From Kudoa neothunni (Eukaryota; Animalia; Cnidaria): a stretch of DNA of 64,000 nucleotides. Positions 25,013-38,636 of this stretch are shown here, in pieces. Positions within the stretch are counted from its first letter, which is position 1; the number at the start of each line of letters is the position of its first letter. The stretch covers positions 12,405,843 to 12,469,842 of the forward strand of contig OZ199838.1 of assembly GCA_964304625.1 (NCBI GenBank), given 5' to 3'. The notes below the pieces were generated by a model. That model did not search any database, was not told the origin of the DNA, and saw nothing but the letters and a program-made list of their open reading frames with translations. A program made the position numbers and the translations under genes.

Positions 25013-26030
25013 TTAACCCTCTAATAATCCCAAAAACATTGAGCGTGTAATGGACATTAGGCTAAAATTTACTCCACATTTTTTTTGAATTATAACACTT
25101 TAGAAAATCTAATAATCAATATCTTAGAATAATTTTTAATTCCTATGGATGAAACACTGACAAATGCATATTAAATTTAGACGTAATCCACGCGATAATC
25201 GGCTTCGTTTACTATCCGTCTTATGTTGGTACACATCGATGTTCATTAAGAAAGTAATTGCGTTAATTTAGCGGATTTAAACGTGTTGCGCCAGTTAGAA
25301 TATTAAAACAAAACATAAGAAGAATTCTTGAAAGTTACGCGAAATTAAAACAATTTTAAATGCGGTAATTGGACAACAAAACTTATAACAATTTTCGTAC
25401 CACTTAGAAGATTTTTTATCATTTTTCATCTCATTGTATCCCCATGTTTCTCGCTTTGCATTAAGAAGAGGTTCCTGTTTGAGGGGGGAAGGGGGCATAA
25501 ACAATGCCGAGACCTGTTTTTATTGCTTTGTTTGTGGACTTTGTTGTCAACAATGCTTTGTTTAATTGTTCAACGATTTCTTTAAGAAAATCGCGCATTT
25601 TGATTTATTGGGAACATAAGATATCAAAATATACTTTTAACGAAATACAAAAATGCTGCCACAACGAGCTCTATTTGGTGATGATTGGAGGCATGGTGGT
25701 ATCTCCAATTTTTAACGTAATGTCTCTATGGTCAATTTTTTCCAACAATGTTTCAGCAAGAAACACCGATAAGAAGACATTTTTGTCCACAACATGATGT
25801 TTATTCTTTGATAAACAAAATTCATCAATGAAATCATTAGAATCACCTATCTTCATATAATTTGCGCATTGGATTTAATTAATTTATCTAACATTTTTTT
25901 ACTTTCTATAAAAACTACTCATAGGAATTTTATTTGATTAAAGTTAGAAGTGGTTTACATTTTTTGAAATATTTTTAATCCAAAAATATATGGGGTAAAT
26001 TTTACCCCAAAGACCATTAAAAGATAAAAG
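25013..26030 (-). mobile_element. internally deleted piggyBac element
   Basis: TTAA-CCCTCTAATAAT left end, decayed right end with GGGGTAAATTTTACCCC. Remnants RDFLKEIVEQL and a Cys-rich tail ENCYKFCCP. Confidence 0.6.
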
Positions 26031-27609
26031 AAAAATTAAAACTTATACAATAACTTACATAAACAAATTTTTTCGTCAAACCAAAAGAAAAATTTATTAG
26101 AAGAATAATTGGAATCTATTAGATATTGGTTTACTGTATAAAGCGATGTACCATCAATAAAATCGTTTTGGGGTAAAAGAAGAGGTCAATCGAAACAAAT
26201 TTATTAATTTTAGTCGACTTTATGGTTATAGGCCGTGTCTTAATTTAAGAATGTTCACTTTTTATTTGGGAGTATATTATTCACTCACAATAGTTACAAG
26301 AACTGGCAGTCTTAATTGATCGATTTTGTTGCAACACCTTCTAAGGATGCCTTTGTACAATTTATGCTGAACTGTTCTATTCCATCAACAAAATTATTTT
26401 AAAAATTATTCCAACATGTATATATATTCGAAGACAAACTTCGATTTAAGTCCGGAATCCAATTCACATGTATAAAAGAAAACCTGAGCAGTGTTATGAG
26501 CTTCTTTTGTAAATCTGTATCTGGGAGTCGTTCAGATCGTCGTTTAATTTTCCATCGCATGGATCAATGATTTTTTAATAACGTTAAAAATTTACCCATT
26601 CAATTTGAGTTTAAATAATAAAGCCGAAGCGATAAATGAATGATTGGAAATATAACTAATTTGTTAAGATGGTCATTTCAAAAGTATGGTAAAAATTTTT
26701 GTTATATCTTAGTAATTCCATTTTCAACGATGAAATTAGGTTATATAAGTTCAATCTAGTATTTTTCAAAAATTCGGCAACCTACCTAAAATCTCCCAAT
26801 CAATGGGTAATTTATCTATTGAACTCCAACTATAAAAATATTACACTTAAACCCCAAATTATTAAAAAAAGGGAACGATATTAATGCAAAACCACCAGAA
26901 TTTCTCCAAACCATGTTATAAATATAAAATCTTGGCGTAAAGTATCAACAAACAACAATTACTTGCTTTAGAAAAGCCAATTTAAACGAATCAAATACAT
27001 TATATATAATATCCATTATTAATGCCAGGAAATCTTAATTTGTATGTGTAATAATTCTATCTACTATATTTCGAATGATTATATTTAATTCTTTCTCCTA
27101 ATAGGTATTAATTACGGATCAGAAAGTGGAAACGACGAAAATCGATTAATCAAATAGAACGGGTGATTTAATAAAAACCTCAAATTTTTTAGATAATAAA
27201 AATTTTTTGGTTAATAGAGAGGTTGGGTATTTTAAAGAGCTTAAATAAATTAGACAAAAATTCACAAATAAAACTGTCAACATTTGAACCTAAGAAATGT
27301 AAAAAGTTTTCTAAATAAATAATAATTTAAAAATTAATATAATATTTCTTCAATATAAAAACTTTTTATCGTTTGCACATCCATCAAAAAGTACATCAAA
27401 TCGATTAGGGGTTAATTTTTAATATATATTTTCTGATTCCAGAGACGGTGAATTATGGAAACTTGAATAACAAATCGTATACTATTATACACTAATTTTT
27501 ATAAACATTGTTATAAATTTTCCTAGAAAAATATTTATACAAAAACAACAAAATATTGTGTAAATAACTATATTTATTCATAGTTAAAAACATAAATATG
27601 CGATATTAT

Positions 27610-30393
27610 TTATTGGATATCTGGTATTTCATCTACAAAATCTAAGAAAAATTCAAAAAATTATAAAGGCTCTTACCCATCACTATAAACGTCCCAAAAA
27701 CGCTTTGATCATTGGCCAAGGCTACTTTTAGGAAAAATATTTTTGTCTTTGAAACATTTAAAATAATGAACTCGTTACATAAAGGGATTCCATCAGAGCA
27801 ACCTTGGGTCGAATTCTCATTGCAAAATAAAGTATTATCGTTTTCATTATTTGAACCAATCTCACGCAGTTCCCACGAACATTTCTCATTTGAATTTACT
27901 TTGAACGACATTTGAGATCTAATTTTTAAATCGTCACCATTTCTCGCAACATTCAAATAGATTTCTAAATTTATAAATAAATTAACATTACATAGAATGG
28001 AACATGAACAAACTTTTGGGTGAGGATGTCACATTGCGTGTGGATTGATCCCCATCGTTGTTATTTGTGATTGAAGTAGATAAATCATTCTCTGGAAGAT
28101 CTCTATATTCTATAATAATAGGGGAGGCCTTTCTACGTTTTCTAGTTTCTAAAAATTATTCTAAATTCAATTTCCTATAGAATGAAAAAAAATACTTTTG
28201 GTAGTAGATGTAATAATATCGATCGGTATTTCAGTGGTTGGAATGTTTTCAGGAGGTATCACATACGTTCCCGATAGTCCTAATTGAATTGCGTTTACTT
28301 GCACCATATATTGGTTATTATGACTATAGTGTTGGTTAAATTTTATTTGTGAGTTGCAATAAGTTTTGCAATCGTTTTCAGAGTTTTTCAAAGCAGAACC
28401 ACATGTTTGCAAAGTTTCATATTGTTCATTTACGAATTGGTATAAGTTGTAGTGACATACTTGCTGAGTATCGAACGGCTGTAACTCTATCGATATAACA
28501 GCGTAATTTTGGTGAGTGTTGTAGGTATGTGAAATGGATAAATTCATGGGGTCTAATAAAGTGAAAACAGGAGAAGAATACATAGAATTACGTGTTTTTA
28601 ATTGTCCTAGAATTAAGGGTCTATAGTTGAGAGTGTCAACTTTAATATCATATACTGTGTCAGAATCTAGGTCGATAATTTGAACCGGATGTCGGCATGA
28701 TGCTCGACAAGAAATAGCGTGCTTGCATTTCGCTTCAACGTATTGATCTTTTGACGCCCGACTTACATAATAAGAACAGGTCAGTTCATTTAGAATCAGA
28801 TTTGATTGAAGAGGAGTTTTCATTTCTACCATAAATCCATCACTTGTTGTCTGAATGACACTAGCATTGAGCGGTAAATTTGGAACAATTCCTGTGGAAT
28901 TGTCAGTTAACACGTGAATAAACCAGTTTAAAATTTAATACTTTTTGCAACATAATATTTATTCACAAAATTATAAGTTGTAGCCTGGTATTTGTTCGAG
29001 ACTTCTACAACAAATGGTCCTTCAATCCGTTCAATGGAAATCACTTTTATCTCGGTGCAAAGGTCGTTGCATTGTTGTAGATTGTCCGACACTTTACAAT
29101 AAACAGCCGTTTTCTTTTTTGGTTTAATTGAATTGGCGTTATAGATTTGAATATCACAATTTTTAAGTTCTAGATCTCTAGGATCAAACATGAAATTTTC
29201 ACCCTTTACAGTCAAAATTTCCCTGCTTACAGAATCGGGTGTTACTATTACATATTTCAATAAAAAATTCCTCATTATTTAGTTTTACCATAATGTGTTT
29301 GAATGTACCCATCATCATCCGAATTCACGTCATGAAAAGCTTTTTGAATAAGTACTGTGACAACAGTAGTAGACTGGTCAACAGTTATCCCCACATCCCC
29401 ACAAGGGGCGTAACACTGAGAAATGTTCATGGCTGCACCCGTACAATTCGACAAATAAGGCTTGGAAAAATCGGAAGCTATTGTATTTTTCACTTTAAAC
29501 AAACACATCTCTCCTGCCAAATTGTTTCCGCCTTTAAGAAGCATAATATTTTGCTTGTTAATATTCTTATATTTGGCCAAGTATTGTGGCTTGAAACTCT
29601 CTATATTATCTCGCATGTAAGCGTTAGGTAGAAAATAGAAGAGAGGAGGGGCACTGCTGCAGTTGATTTGATAAAACGAGATATATAGTAAAAAGGATAG
29701 TCTAATACTGTCGAGTTGATATTGTGAGCCTCGATCCCCAAAGTAAAATTCACCATCACTCATTACGGAGCATGGAGTGGGCAGGAAAAATTTTGTTTTT
29801 ATGAGCAGATTTTCTGTATCATGATCTACAATAGAAACTGTGAATGGAGGTGGTCTCAACTGCTCTAAATTTTTACGGTGATTAATTATTAGATCATCCT
29901 ATACTATACCATGGGTTAGGCCTAAAACTACCCCTCCTTTGTAGTATTTGGACGGAAATAGTCGCTCATCACGCCTGGACTTCTCTAAAGTCACTAAAAA
30001 TATCTCATGCACGTTTTTTTGGAGGTGAATGTATTTAGCAGTCATGAGTTGTTTGACTTCGCGTATATAAAAAGATTTATCATCACACCTGAAGGTACAA
30101 TATGGGTATTTGAGTCTTTCATTAGTCTCACAGTCTTGAACATTTTCGAAACCAGGGAAAGGACCGTCTGCTAACAATATTCGGCATTTCATATCATTTT
30201 TATATTGGGGTCCCTCAACTTTTAGATTATATTTTTTAACACCATTCACATAGGTTGGCGTCAAAGTCAACGATGTTTTGGGGCTTGCAACACATTTTTC
30301 CAGCCAATCTACAATAATAATATTATTTGCAGCCATTTTAGGTCTAATACCTGTAAAAATAAACACATAAAAATAGAGAAAAATTATTTTCAT
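27610..30393 (-). CDS. paralogue B of the four-Cys repeat protein; short linker, no TM segment found (predicted secreted)
   Basis: Colinear with paralogue A (FYFLPNAYMRDNIESF vs FYYFMPNAYMKKNIEIF; GCSDGIPLCNEFII vs GCSDGFPNCNKFVI), with shared intron positions. Last exon reads DEIPDIQ*. Confidence 0.8.
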
Positions 30394-32243
30394 TGGAGAC
30401 TTTAATATGAATAAATTTAATATTTAATTAAGCCCTAAGGCAAATATCGCGAAATTATATGGAATATATTTTGAAATTATATACTCAGTGTACTACGCCT
30501 TATCAATTATAATCATATAATTAACCCTCTTTGATGTGAAAAATTTAAAGTTGAAAATATAAGTACATTTAATTTAATACTATTCTCTTTCAATAGACCT
30601 ACAAGATAACTAGAGTTTAGATGGCATTAACCTATTTGAAACGGGAAAAACTTAAAAGGATCCTGATCTCATCATCAGCCTATTATTTATAAAATGATGA
30701 CGAGCTATAGATGATTGATTTTTAAAACTCCCATTATATTTTCAGTTTTTATCCTTTCTTAAATGAGATAATTTTATAATAATTAAAGAAAAAGGATGAA
30801 ATCATGGACGATATAGTTTAATAAGTATAATTGGTTCACTCACAATTATTCCGTCGTATAACTGTAAAGTTTCGAAATTTTGATATTTTCCATGTATATG
30901 ATTAAAAAAGTATGTCTTTAGGACTTAAAATATTAATAAAACTTAAAACAATTATAAGAAACACAAACAAGTGCAAATAATAATTTTAAGACTATGGCTA
31001 TCGACACACTAACGTATAATCCCTTGTCGGGACTGGTTATTCGTACGCTAGAGAATTTCTCTACAGTAACTCATTAATTTATATTAGTTCATTGCTTGTA
31101 ATAGTACGAACATTTTTTTCCTATATGATTTGAAACTTATGGAAAGAATTTTGAATATAATGTCGGACCGTTAAGCGTAGTTTTAATTTTTGTGGTGATC
31201 CGAAAGTTGTTAACACCAAAACCATTGTTGAATCACAAGTATAAACTAAAATTATTATGAAAAACTATAAAAATAATAATGAGTTAAATTTTAATGAAAC
31301 AACGATATTTTATCAGCGACGTTTAATTATTATTTGTAAAATAAATTATAAAAACTCTTTGAACTAACGATTTTCGTATTGAAAACTTAACCACACAAAG
31401 TAGAATTGTTAAATTTAAACTTTCATTAATTAAAAGAAATAAAAAGGATTAAATAACAATTTAAATGAAAATATACGTGGATAGTAATAGCGTCTTGCCT
31501 GACAATTCCGCAGCGGGTTTGTAAGCACTCTAAATAGAACTACGTTCTTAAGATAGCAATGGAGGATTAAAAACGTGGACTCTTAGTAATTGCCACTGTG
31601 AACATCAAGTAAAGATCAAGAAATTAAAATAAACCTCGGTCCGTAAATGTTTCAAACATGACAGCGTTGATGGCATGTATATACAATATCTTTAAAAAAA
31701 TTATTGTTTTTTTGATAATTATAACTACTCATAAACACTGGAATTACTTAACACATAATTAATACACGTCGAACAAAAATAAACCTTGTGTGTTGCTATC
31801 TACAAATAAAGGAGTTATTCATCATTTAAAGCCAAATTATAAAAGATGTTTACTGTTAATATGGATATTTTTAATTAAAAATTCAATTTATACAAGGTAA
31901 ATAAAAAAATTATTTATTCCTTGTAAAGATTTTGAAATGTGTGAAACAAAAAGAATATTAAGTTGTTTCAAAAAGGCTAAATTTAATCTCGTTAGTAGTG
32001 TTGACTTGGAATTACATTGGCAACTTGCGGGATTCAGAACTTTTCTCGTGATTTTTATTTATTAACAAAACAACCTCATTATTGCAAAGCACGTCGTTCT
32101 TCTACGAATAATGATAAATTTGAAGTATTGTTTTAGTCCAATTTGATTTATAAACATAATTCTTAAACACGAAAATCTATTTAATTTGTTAAAAATATCT
32201 TTTAACACCTATTATAGCTTCAAGATGCTACGCTGAATCTTGA

Positions 32244-32483
32244 TCATCTTGGAGAAAGAATATTACCACGGACAGAGAAAATTCTCTCGATGTCTGTCGC
32301 TCTTGGTCTAATTGATTTTAATAAATTTTCCATTAATTCAATTTTATTTAATATTTTCAATTTCGAAATAATGTCTTCTTGCATCAACATTCGAATAAAA
32401 TCAGTATCTTTTAAATCTTGATTCAGAAAACTTGTCTCTTCAATTAAGTAATCATTTATTGAATTTTTATATTCATCTATCAC
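32244..32483 (-). mobile_element. hAT transposase C-terminal dimerisation domain remnant
   Basis: LKSIRPRATDIERIFSVRGNILSPR resembles the hAT SIP...ER.FS..G motif. Confidence 0.65.
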
Positions 32484-33054
32484 ATTTTGAATGGATTATA
32501 TAAAAAACATATTAGTTGTAGTTGTTGTTAGGATGATGCTCATCACAAAAAACAAATAACAAAAGAAGCGACGATTCTTCTTTGTCTAAAACTGAAATAG
32601 ATATCTTGAAGAAGTTTTTTTGTCAAGCCTCCAGATATCATCGGAGATGACCAAAACTACATTATTGTCATAGATAAAATTCGTTTTCACCACTCTATCC
32701 AGAATTCTTATAACAGTTTTCCCTACAAAATTCATTCCCTACCGAGGTTTTCCTCTTTCTCAACTCCCGCTACGAGGTTGTTGTTCCAACAAATTCTCCG
32801 ATTCCAGATAGGAAAAATATTCTGATTAGAATGAGAAACGCTTCAGACAAGGTGACCGAGCATAATCTAAAGGGTGATTTTCGGCATTCGGAGACATATT
32901 TTGGTCAATGTTTTCCTCTTACGGATATCAACAGTAGTTTGATTAAAATAATATGTATATTTGATATTTATTCATATAAAGTTCTCTTTGTTCATCTAGC
33001 GCTATTAAATAAAAAGAACAAATTGTTATTAACCCCAAGCTAAGGTATACCGGA

Positions 33055-33635
33055 CGAGGCTGCCAACGGGGTTTTAAAAAAATCCCAAGGATGGACAGCC
33101 AAAAAACCCTAGTTAAAAGTACAACACAAAATATAATCATACCTATTAAAGTTTTAATCTTCTCCCGATTCGATAACTACTTTTTTAGACATTAAATTTA
33201 AATCTATCGTCGTAATATTGCAATTTTTTGGCGCGAACACTCACTTACTCATACTTAATGTCTAATATACATCAATATGTTCACACTTAATTACTTCATA
33301 ATTCTAGATATATTTTGAAATAAAGTTTAAATTTTCTGATAATGTGCGACAATGTTTACTGAGTAATTAGGTAATCGTGTCCCGTTGAATAATCTTAAGT
33401 ACTGTCGTTCAGCATCGTAAATATTTAAACCCTGAATGATATAATGCGAATAGCATACGTTATTAAAAATATAAATAATAATGCCGCACATCAAAAAAAA
33501 TTGTACTCTTATTCTATGTTTACAGGTTTTCAATAAAAACCCAGGATTTTATAAAAATGAAAAAATCCTCCAAGAATCCAAGGTGATCATAAAAACCTCA
33601 TGATCTTAGGGAAAACCCAAGGCCTGGCAGCCCTG
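33055..33635. mobile_element. non-autonomous hAT element, inverted sister of 8728-10252
   Basis: TIRs CGAGGCTGCCA and TGGCAGCCCTG, TSD ATACCGGA/ATACTGGG, about 500 bp of reverse-complement homology to 8729-9225. Confidence 0.85.
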
Positions 33636-33789
33636 ATACTGGGTTTGAATGCAAAACCCGGTATTTCATCTTTTAAAATCAATATTTGGTGATAAATCGA
33701 ACTGTTATCAAACTTTTGTATCCCTAATTTTTAATATTATTCGGGTTTTAAGACAAGCTAGGCCCCAAACAAAATTCTCGACCCCTTAA

Positions 33790-34425
33790 CCCTTCCCGTA
33801 CCGAGCTCAAAAAAATCCGTGTGTGCCCATGGGGTCCCTGAGAGACCCCCAGTAGAAATCAGTTTTGAAAATATATTTTTATTTAAACAACTCAAAGCTA
33901 CTCAAAGCATATTTCTAAGATATTTAACCCATAAACATTTATCAAACATTCGGGTAACAACAGCACACGAGATCATCCATAGGTTATGACAACGCCTTAA
34001 TCTCAAAATCAGGTTTCTACTTCATGTTATTCATTAAATATCACTCAGAACTCATTACATGATTAAATTAAGTTTAAATATAATTACGTTGAAACTCTCA
34101 ACGAAACAACATTCACCAGACCATGATTGTTATGCATTAATCTTTGTTAATCCTTATCTTATAATTTAAATTTGAAAAATAATATAAATGAATATTTTGC
34201 AGTTGCAAAAATGATTATTATGAACGAAATCATCTGACCAATTAAAAATTTGAAGTCATACTTCTTGTCAAAGTTCAATATAAATTAAAATTTCTATGTA
34301 CTGATGTGCTAAATTAATAGGGGAGCATACATGAAATTTCAATAGAATAAATTTGGTTTGTTAGGAACTAGGAAGAAATTATCTTATTAGGGGTACCTAA
34401 TATATCTTGCCTGGTACCGGAAAGG
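33790..34425. mobile_element. piggyBac-type MITE
   Basis: TTAA-CCCTTCCCGTACC ... GGTACCGGAAAGG-TTAA. Confidence 0.8.
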
Positions 34426-34460
34426 TTAATCCCGAAATTTACAAGCCTATTCTGAAACAA

Positions 34461-35365
34461 CGGGGCGCCCAATGAGTCTATCGGAAAACCCCAAGATCGC
34501 AATGAAAACACAATAATATTATTGAAATAAAAATTTTTATTTTAAACGCGTTTTCTAATTGATGCCTTCAATTGAACCGTCTTCAACATCATCACAACCC
34601 TCAGTTAAGAAGGTTGATTTATTTTTCAAGCGCTCAAGGTATCGTTGTTTCACAGCACTGCTGATCACATCATGTATTAGTTTAGTTGTTGGATGCGACG
34701 TCAAACACGTATTATCTTTTCTTCTGAACAACTGTTTTGGAAGAAGTTTACATTTTACAGTTTTAACCTTTAATGAGTTAGTTTGGTTTTTATTGCGTTC
34801 ATTAATGAGAAAAATTGCTCAAAATTTGTAGTAGCTGGAATTGTTGTCCATAGCATCTTGATAAAGCCAATCTTTAAGAACTTCTACTTATAACCAATCT
34901 TGGTTGAAGCACATATTATTCCACATTCTTTTTGAGCTCCGTTTGAATTTTCAACCATACTTTTAAATAATATACGTTCAAAACTTTAAAATATATTATT
35001 CAAAAAAACTAGAAATGATTAGGAAAAAGTTAAAATCTCCAAATACAGTCCGAGAATAATAAGAATAATTGCTTAAATAACAATTATCCCAAGATGTGAA
35101 AACAGCATGTTGTCGACGATAGCAATATCTTTTTAAAACTTCGAAAAAATTTAATTCTCTCCATTACTAAAACAATAAATATGATTATTTTATCTAATTT
35201 TAAATCTTATAATTTATAAACTGATCTCAAAGAATTCAGTGATCTACAAGTATTGTAAATAAACAACAAATTAACATTTAGCTTAGAATAAAAAAACCCC
35301 CAATAACCCAAGGCTAGTAGAAAAATCCCAAGATCTTCGGTAAAACTCAAGGTTTGGACGCCCTG
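34461..35365. mobile_element. non-autonomous hAT-like element
   Basis: TIRs CGGGGCGCCCAA and TTGGACGCCCTG, imperfect 8-bp TSD TGAAACAA/TTAAACAT, subterminal CCCAAG repeats. Confidence 0.7.
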
Positions 35366-35722
35366 TTAAACATGAACAGCACGCAAGCGTAGGGAACGAT
35401 CTGAAAAGATATAGCGTAACGTCCCTCACTTACTGTAGCTGAGTTGAGATTAACAATAATCATTGAATTTGGACGCAAGACAATTAAGAAGCATTTTAAT
35501 TTTTGAATAAAAATAATCTCAATAGATTTTACTACGAACGAAAATTGTTCCACAGCATTATTGCTATTCTCTATGTCAAAAACTTCTAAAATATACACCA
35601 TTCTCTTCATAGAAACAATTAGATATTAGTTACATAATTTTCAACAATTAATGATGATGATAATAATAATAATAATGAGAATGAATGTTCAAGATATGAC
35701 GCAAAGCTAAATTGAAATCAAC

Positions 35723-36831
35723 ATGCTAAGTTTAGACTTCGAAGTTATGAATGCGCAAGCGCAGGAACACGAGATGTCCGTCGAGGGGTATACCCTTTTG
35801 CATATATTTTCACTGGTTAAACTAATTTTATTCAAATATATTTAGATATAAACTTTTAAGTACAAACTACATATTCCAGGATGTGGAGTTGGTGGATGAT
35901 ATGACCCCATCATCAACTGAGCCAATTTCAATAACTTATCCGACCTACCTAAAGGTTATTCAGTATGTGGCTAAGGCTGATCATAAATATGATCTATTGG
36001 AGAAAATATATCGTCAAGATTTGTCTGAGGAGATCGAACGACGCAAAGTACATTGATATTCGTTGGATCCACAAAAGTTAACCTCGATATTTCCTAACTT
36101 AGGCATTGCCAAAGTTTTACAAAGAAGAGATGGCGAAACAATTGCATTTTGTGAGGGTGGATGTCGTCAACAGCCAGGTTGGTTATAAGGATGTTTCTTT
36201 GATTGATGCCTATGTTATATCTGATATTATTGTAACAGATGGGTGGTGATACACAAGTTCAAATGGATAAGGTTGAGGAAACCAAACTGGTTGCAGGTGG
36301 CTGTAGAGTATGTGGTGGTGCACATTTCACTTCGAATTGTCCTCGTTCTGCCTCAGCATACGCTCCAAGTATTATTTGATCGGTTTAAATATGAGCAGTG
36401 TGATTAATTGGACAATTGTAGAAGAGTACGATTTGTCGGTGACTGACAATCACTCGATGAATCTCAACGTTGTAACCGATTATTGTTATTCGATAAGGGT
36501 GTTGAATTTGCCTCGAAATTGTACCGAGGACGATTGGAAGAAAACAATTCAATTGTTGCAAGAAAACGCTCAATTTAGAATACGTATGATTGGTATACGC
36601 AAGGGGAATTTTAATGTAAGTAGTTCTGTGTATCTGGTTTTATTGTCGATTGATAATTCGATTCAAATAATTCTCACTTATTTATCACTGTTAATTGTTA
36701 TTTTATAGGGTACCTGTATTGTGTCATACAAAAGTAAAGATGACGCCGACCGCGGTCTACGCATTTTCAATAAAATGAAATACGGAACCAGTATTTTGGA
36801 TTGCACGCTCGCCGATGACAATAGACGATAA
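35723..36831 (+). CDS. EIF3G: eukaryotic translation initiation factor 3 subunit G (divergent), 6 exons
   Basis: IERRK|ALPKF, zinc knuckle CRVCGGAHFTSNCP (cf. CRICKGDHWTTRCP), and C-terminal RRM IRVLNLPRNCTEDD...KYGTSILDCTLA. Confidence 0.85.
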
Positions 36832-36876
36832 CAATGAAAAACACAATAGAATTATTTTTATGTGAAATAATGCGTG

Positions 36877-38448
36877 TTAGGATGTTGTTATTGTGGATGA
36901 GAGTAGTTGACTTTTTAAAAATTCCCAGTATCCTTTTCTCACTGGGTCTATAATATTGGCGAGCATATCCATCGATTTCACAGTGAATTCGTTGGTGTAT
37001 GTTTGATCAGCATTGTTACTGTTGTGATTGTTGTTGTAGTAGTAGTGGGCCACAAAATCCAATTTTAATCTTCTTATGTCATTGTTTGTTGGAGGGTAAT
37101 CGTCAAAATTGAGTTGTTCTTTGAATTGTTGTATCGTTTCGAGTTGAGTGAGATTATCGATGTATTTAAATAACCTATGTTGCCATTTCAATTTGAAAAC
37201 AATAACAACAACAGATAGGACTATCGTTGGTATGGGGAATAATCTTAAGCCTGAAATTAGAAAATAGTTAGTAACGACGTAGAATCTAGCTCTACCGAAT
37301 TTGTAGTGTCTAACTCGAATTACTACAATAAACTATTGTCGCGTTGATTAGTGAGTTTAGTACCCAAACAACAGAAATGATATTAAATATCCTCCATTAT
37401 TGTTAATATCTTAAACATGAAAATATGACGAATTCAATACCAATACGCAGATTTTAAATTGACGACATCTAGTCCCATAAACATAAATTTTTAAACTACG
37501 TAAGCTTATCTGCGCATTAAACATATTTTAGTATTTAAAAGAGACCCTGTACCAACGACCATAATTTTAGTTTAATCAATGTATCAGACAATAACCCCGT
37601 CAAATAGTTCCACGCGCATTCATTGTCGGGGTTCATCTTAAGATGATAATCCACAATGTATTGGAGTTCATTTTGTAGGATGGCTTTGTTCGAAAACTCG
37701 TTATTGTGAAGCATAATTTGATAACGAAAATTCCACACACTGTTATTGTAGGGATCATCTTTGAGTTGTTGTTCTACCATTTGCATTTCTTGAACATTGT
37801 TCCACATTTTGAAATAATCCAGCAACCAATAACGATATTGCCAAGCATGATAATTTTTGGTATCCTCGATTAGCACCAAGTCGCAGAATTCGAATTCTCC
37901 ATCGGGACTGTCGAGTATTTTTATCAACTCCATTCGATGGTACCTAACAACCGAATGAATTGAAAAAAATCATCCCCACAGAATAAAATCGCACCATAAT
38001 TGGTACACTTTCAAATCATTTAGTATCAGTTTCGAAACGAATTTCAATTCTGCGCGTACATCTTTGTTGAGATGGTCCAACAACTCTCTACGATGTGACC
38101 TACATTCACGTATTCTAGTCGATCCATTTTGGTCACTAACAAAGAAATATACCACAGTGAGTAGTTGGCGAGGTTTTGATCGATCGCGTCAGTGACTAAC
38201 TCAAAAACACGCTCGCTTTTCTCACCGCTTGCAACCACGGCTTTGTAATAACCGAATATATCAAGGTCTAAAAAGGGCAAACGCTTAAATTACACCAATC
38301 CACCAAAACTATTAATTTTACATTTATCGCTGTACACAATTTGACAAATTGGAATATTAATGTCGTCCAATGGAAGTGGTTTCACATCACTCCACTCTGG
38401 ACGATCCCTATAGAATATATAACCACCCGATTGCATCGATTGCGTCAT
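36877..38448 (-). CDS. FNTA: protein farnesyltransferase/GGTase-I alpha subunit, 5 exons
   Basis: YRDRPEWSDVKP, IVYSDK, EKSERVFEL, PFTA repeats (NYSLW, KNYHAWQYRYW, DPYNNSVWNFR, NECAWNYLTG) and DPVRKGYW. Confidence 0.95.
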
Positions 38449-38592
38449 TTGCAGCAGTGAGGTTTTGCGCACCTACGAACCTAGCTGATATATTTTCCTG
38501 CGTGCGCTTATTTCCTCTGATCGTTTTGCTTTACATTGGACAAAGCAACGTTAATAGTGATTAAAATTCTTGGTTTGATTTTACATCTTTTG

Positions 38593-38606
38593 CCCCCCCC
38601 CCCCCC
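38593..38606. repeat. C14/G14 homopolymer between the Ig gene stop and the FNTA start
   Basis: Direct reading. Confidence 0.85.
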
Positions 38607-38636
38607 TAATGTTTAGAAATTTTCTTATTATGATCG

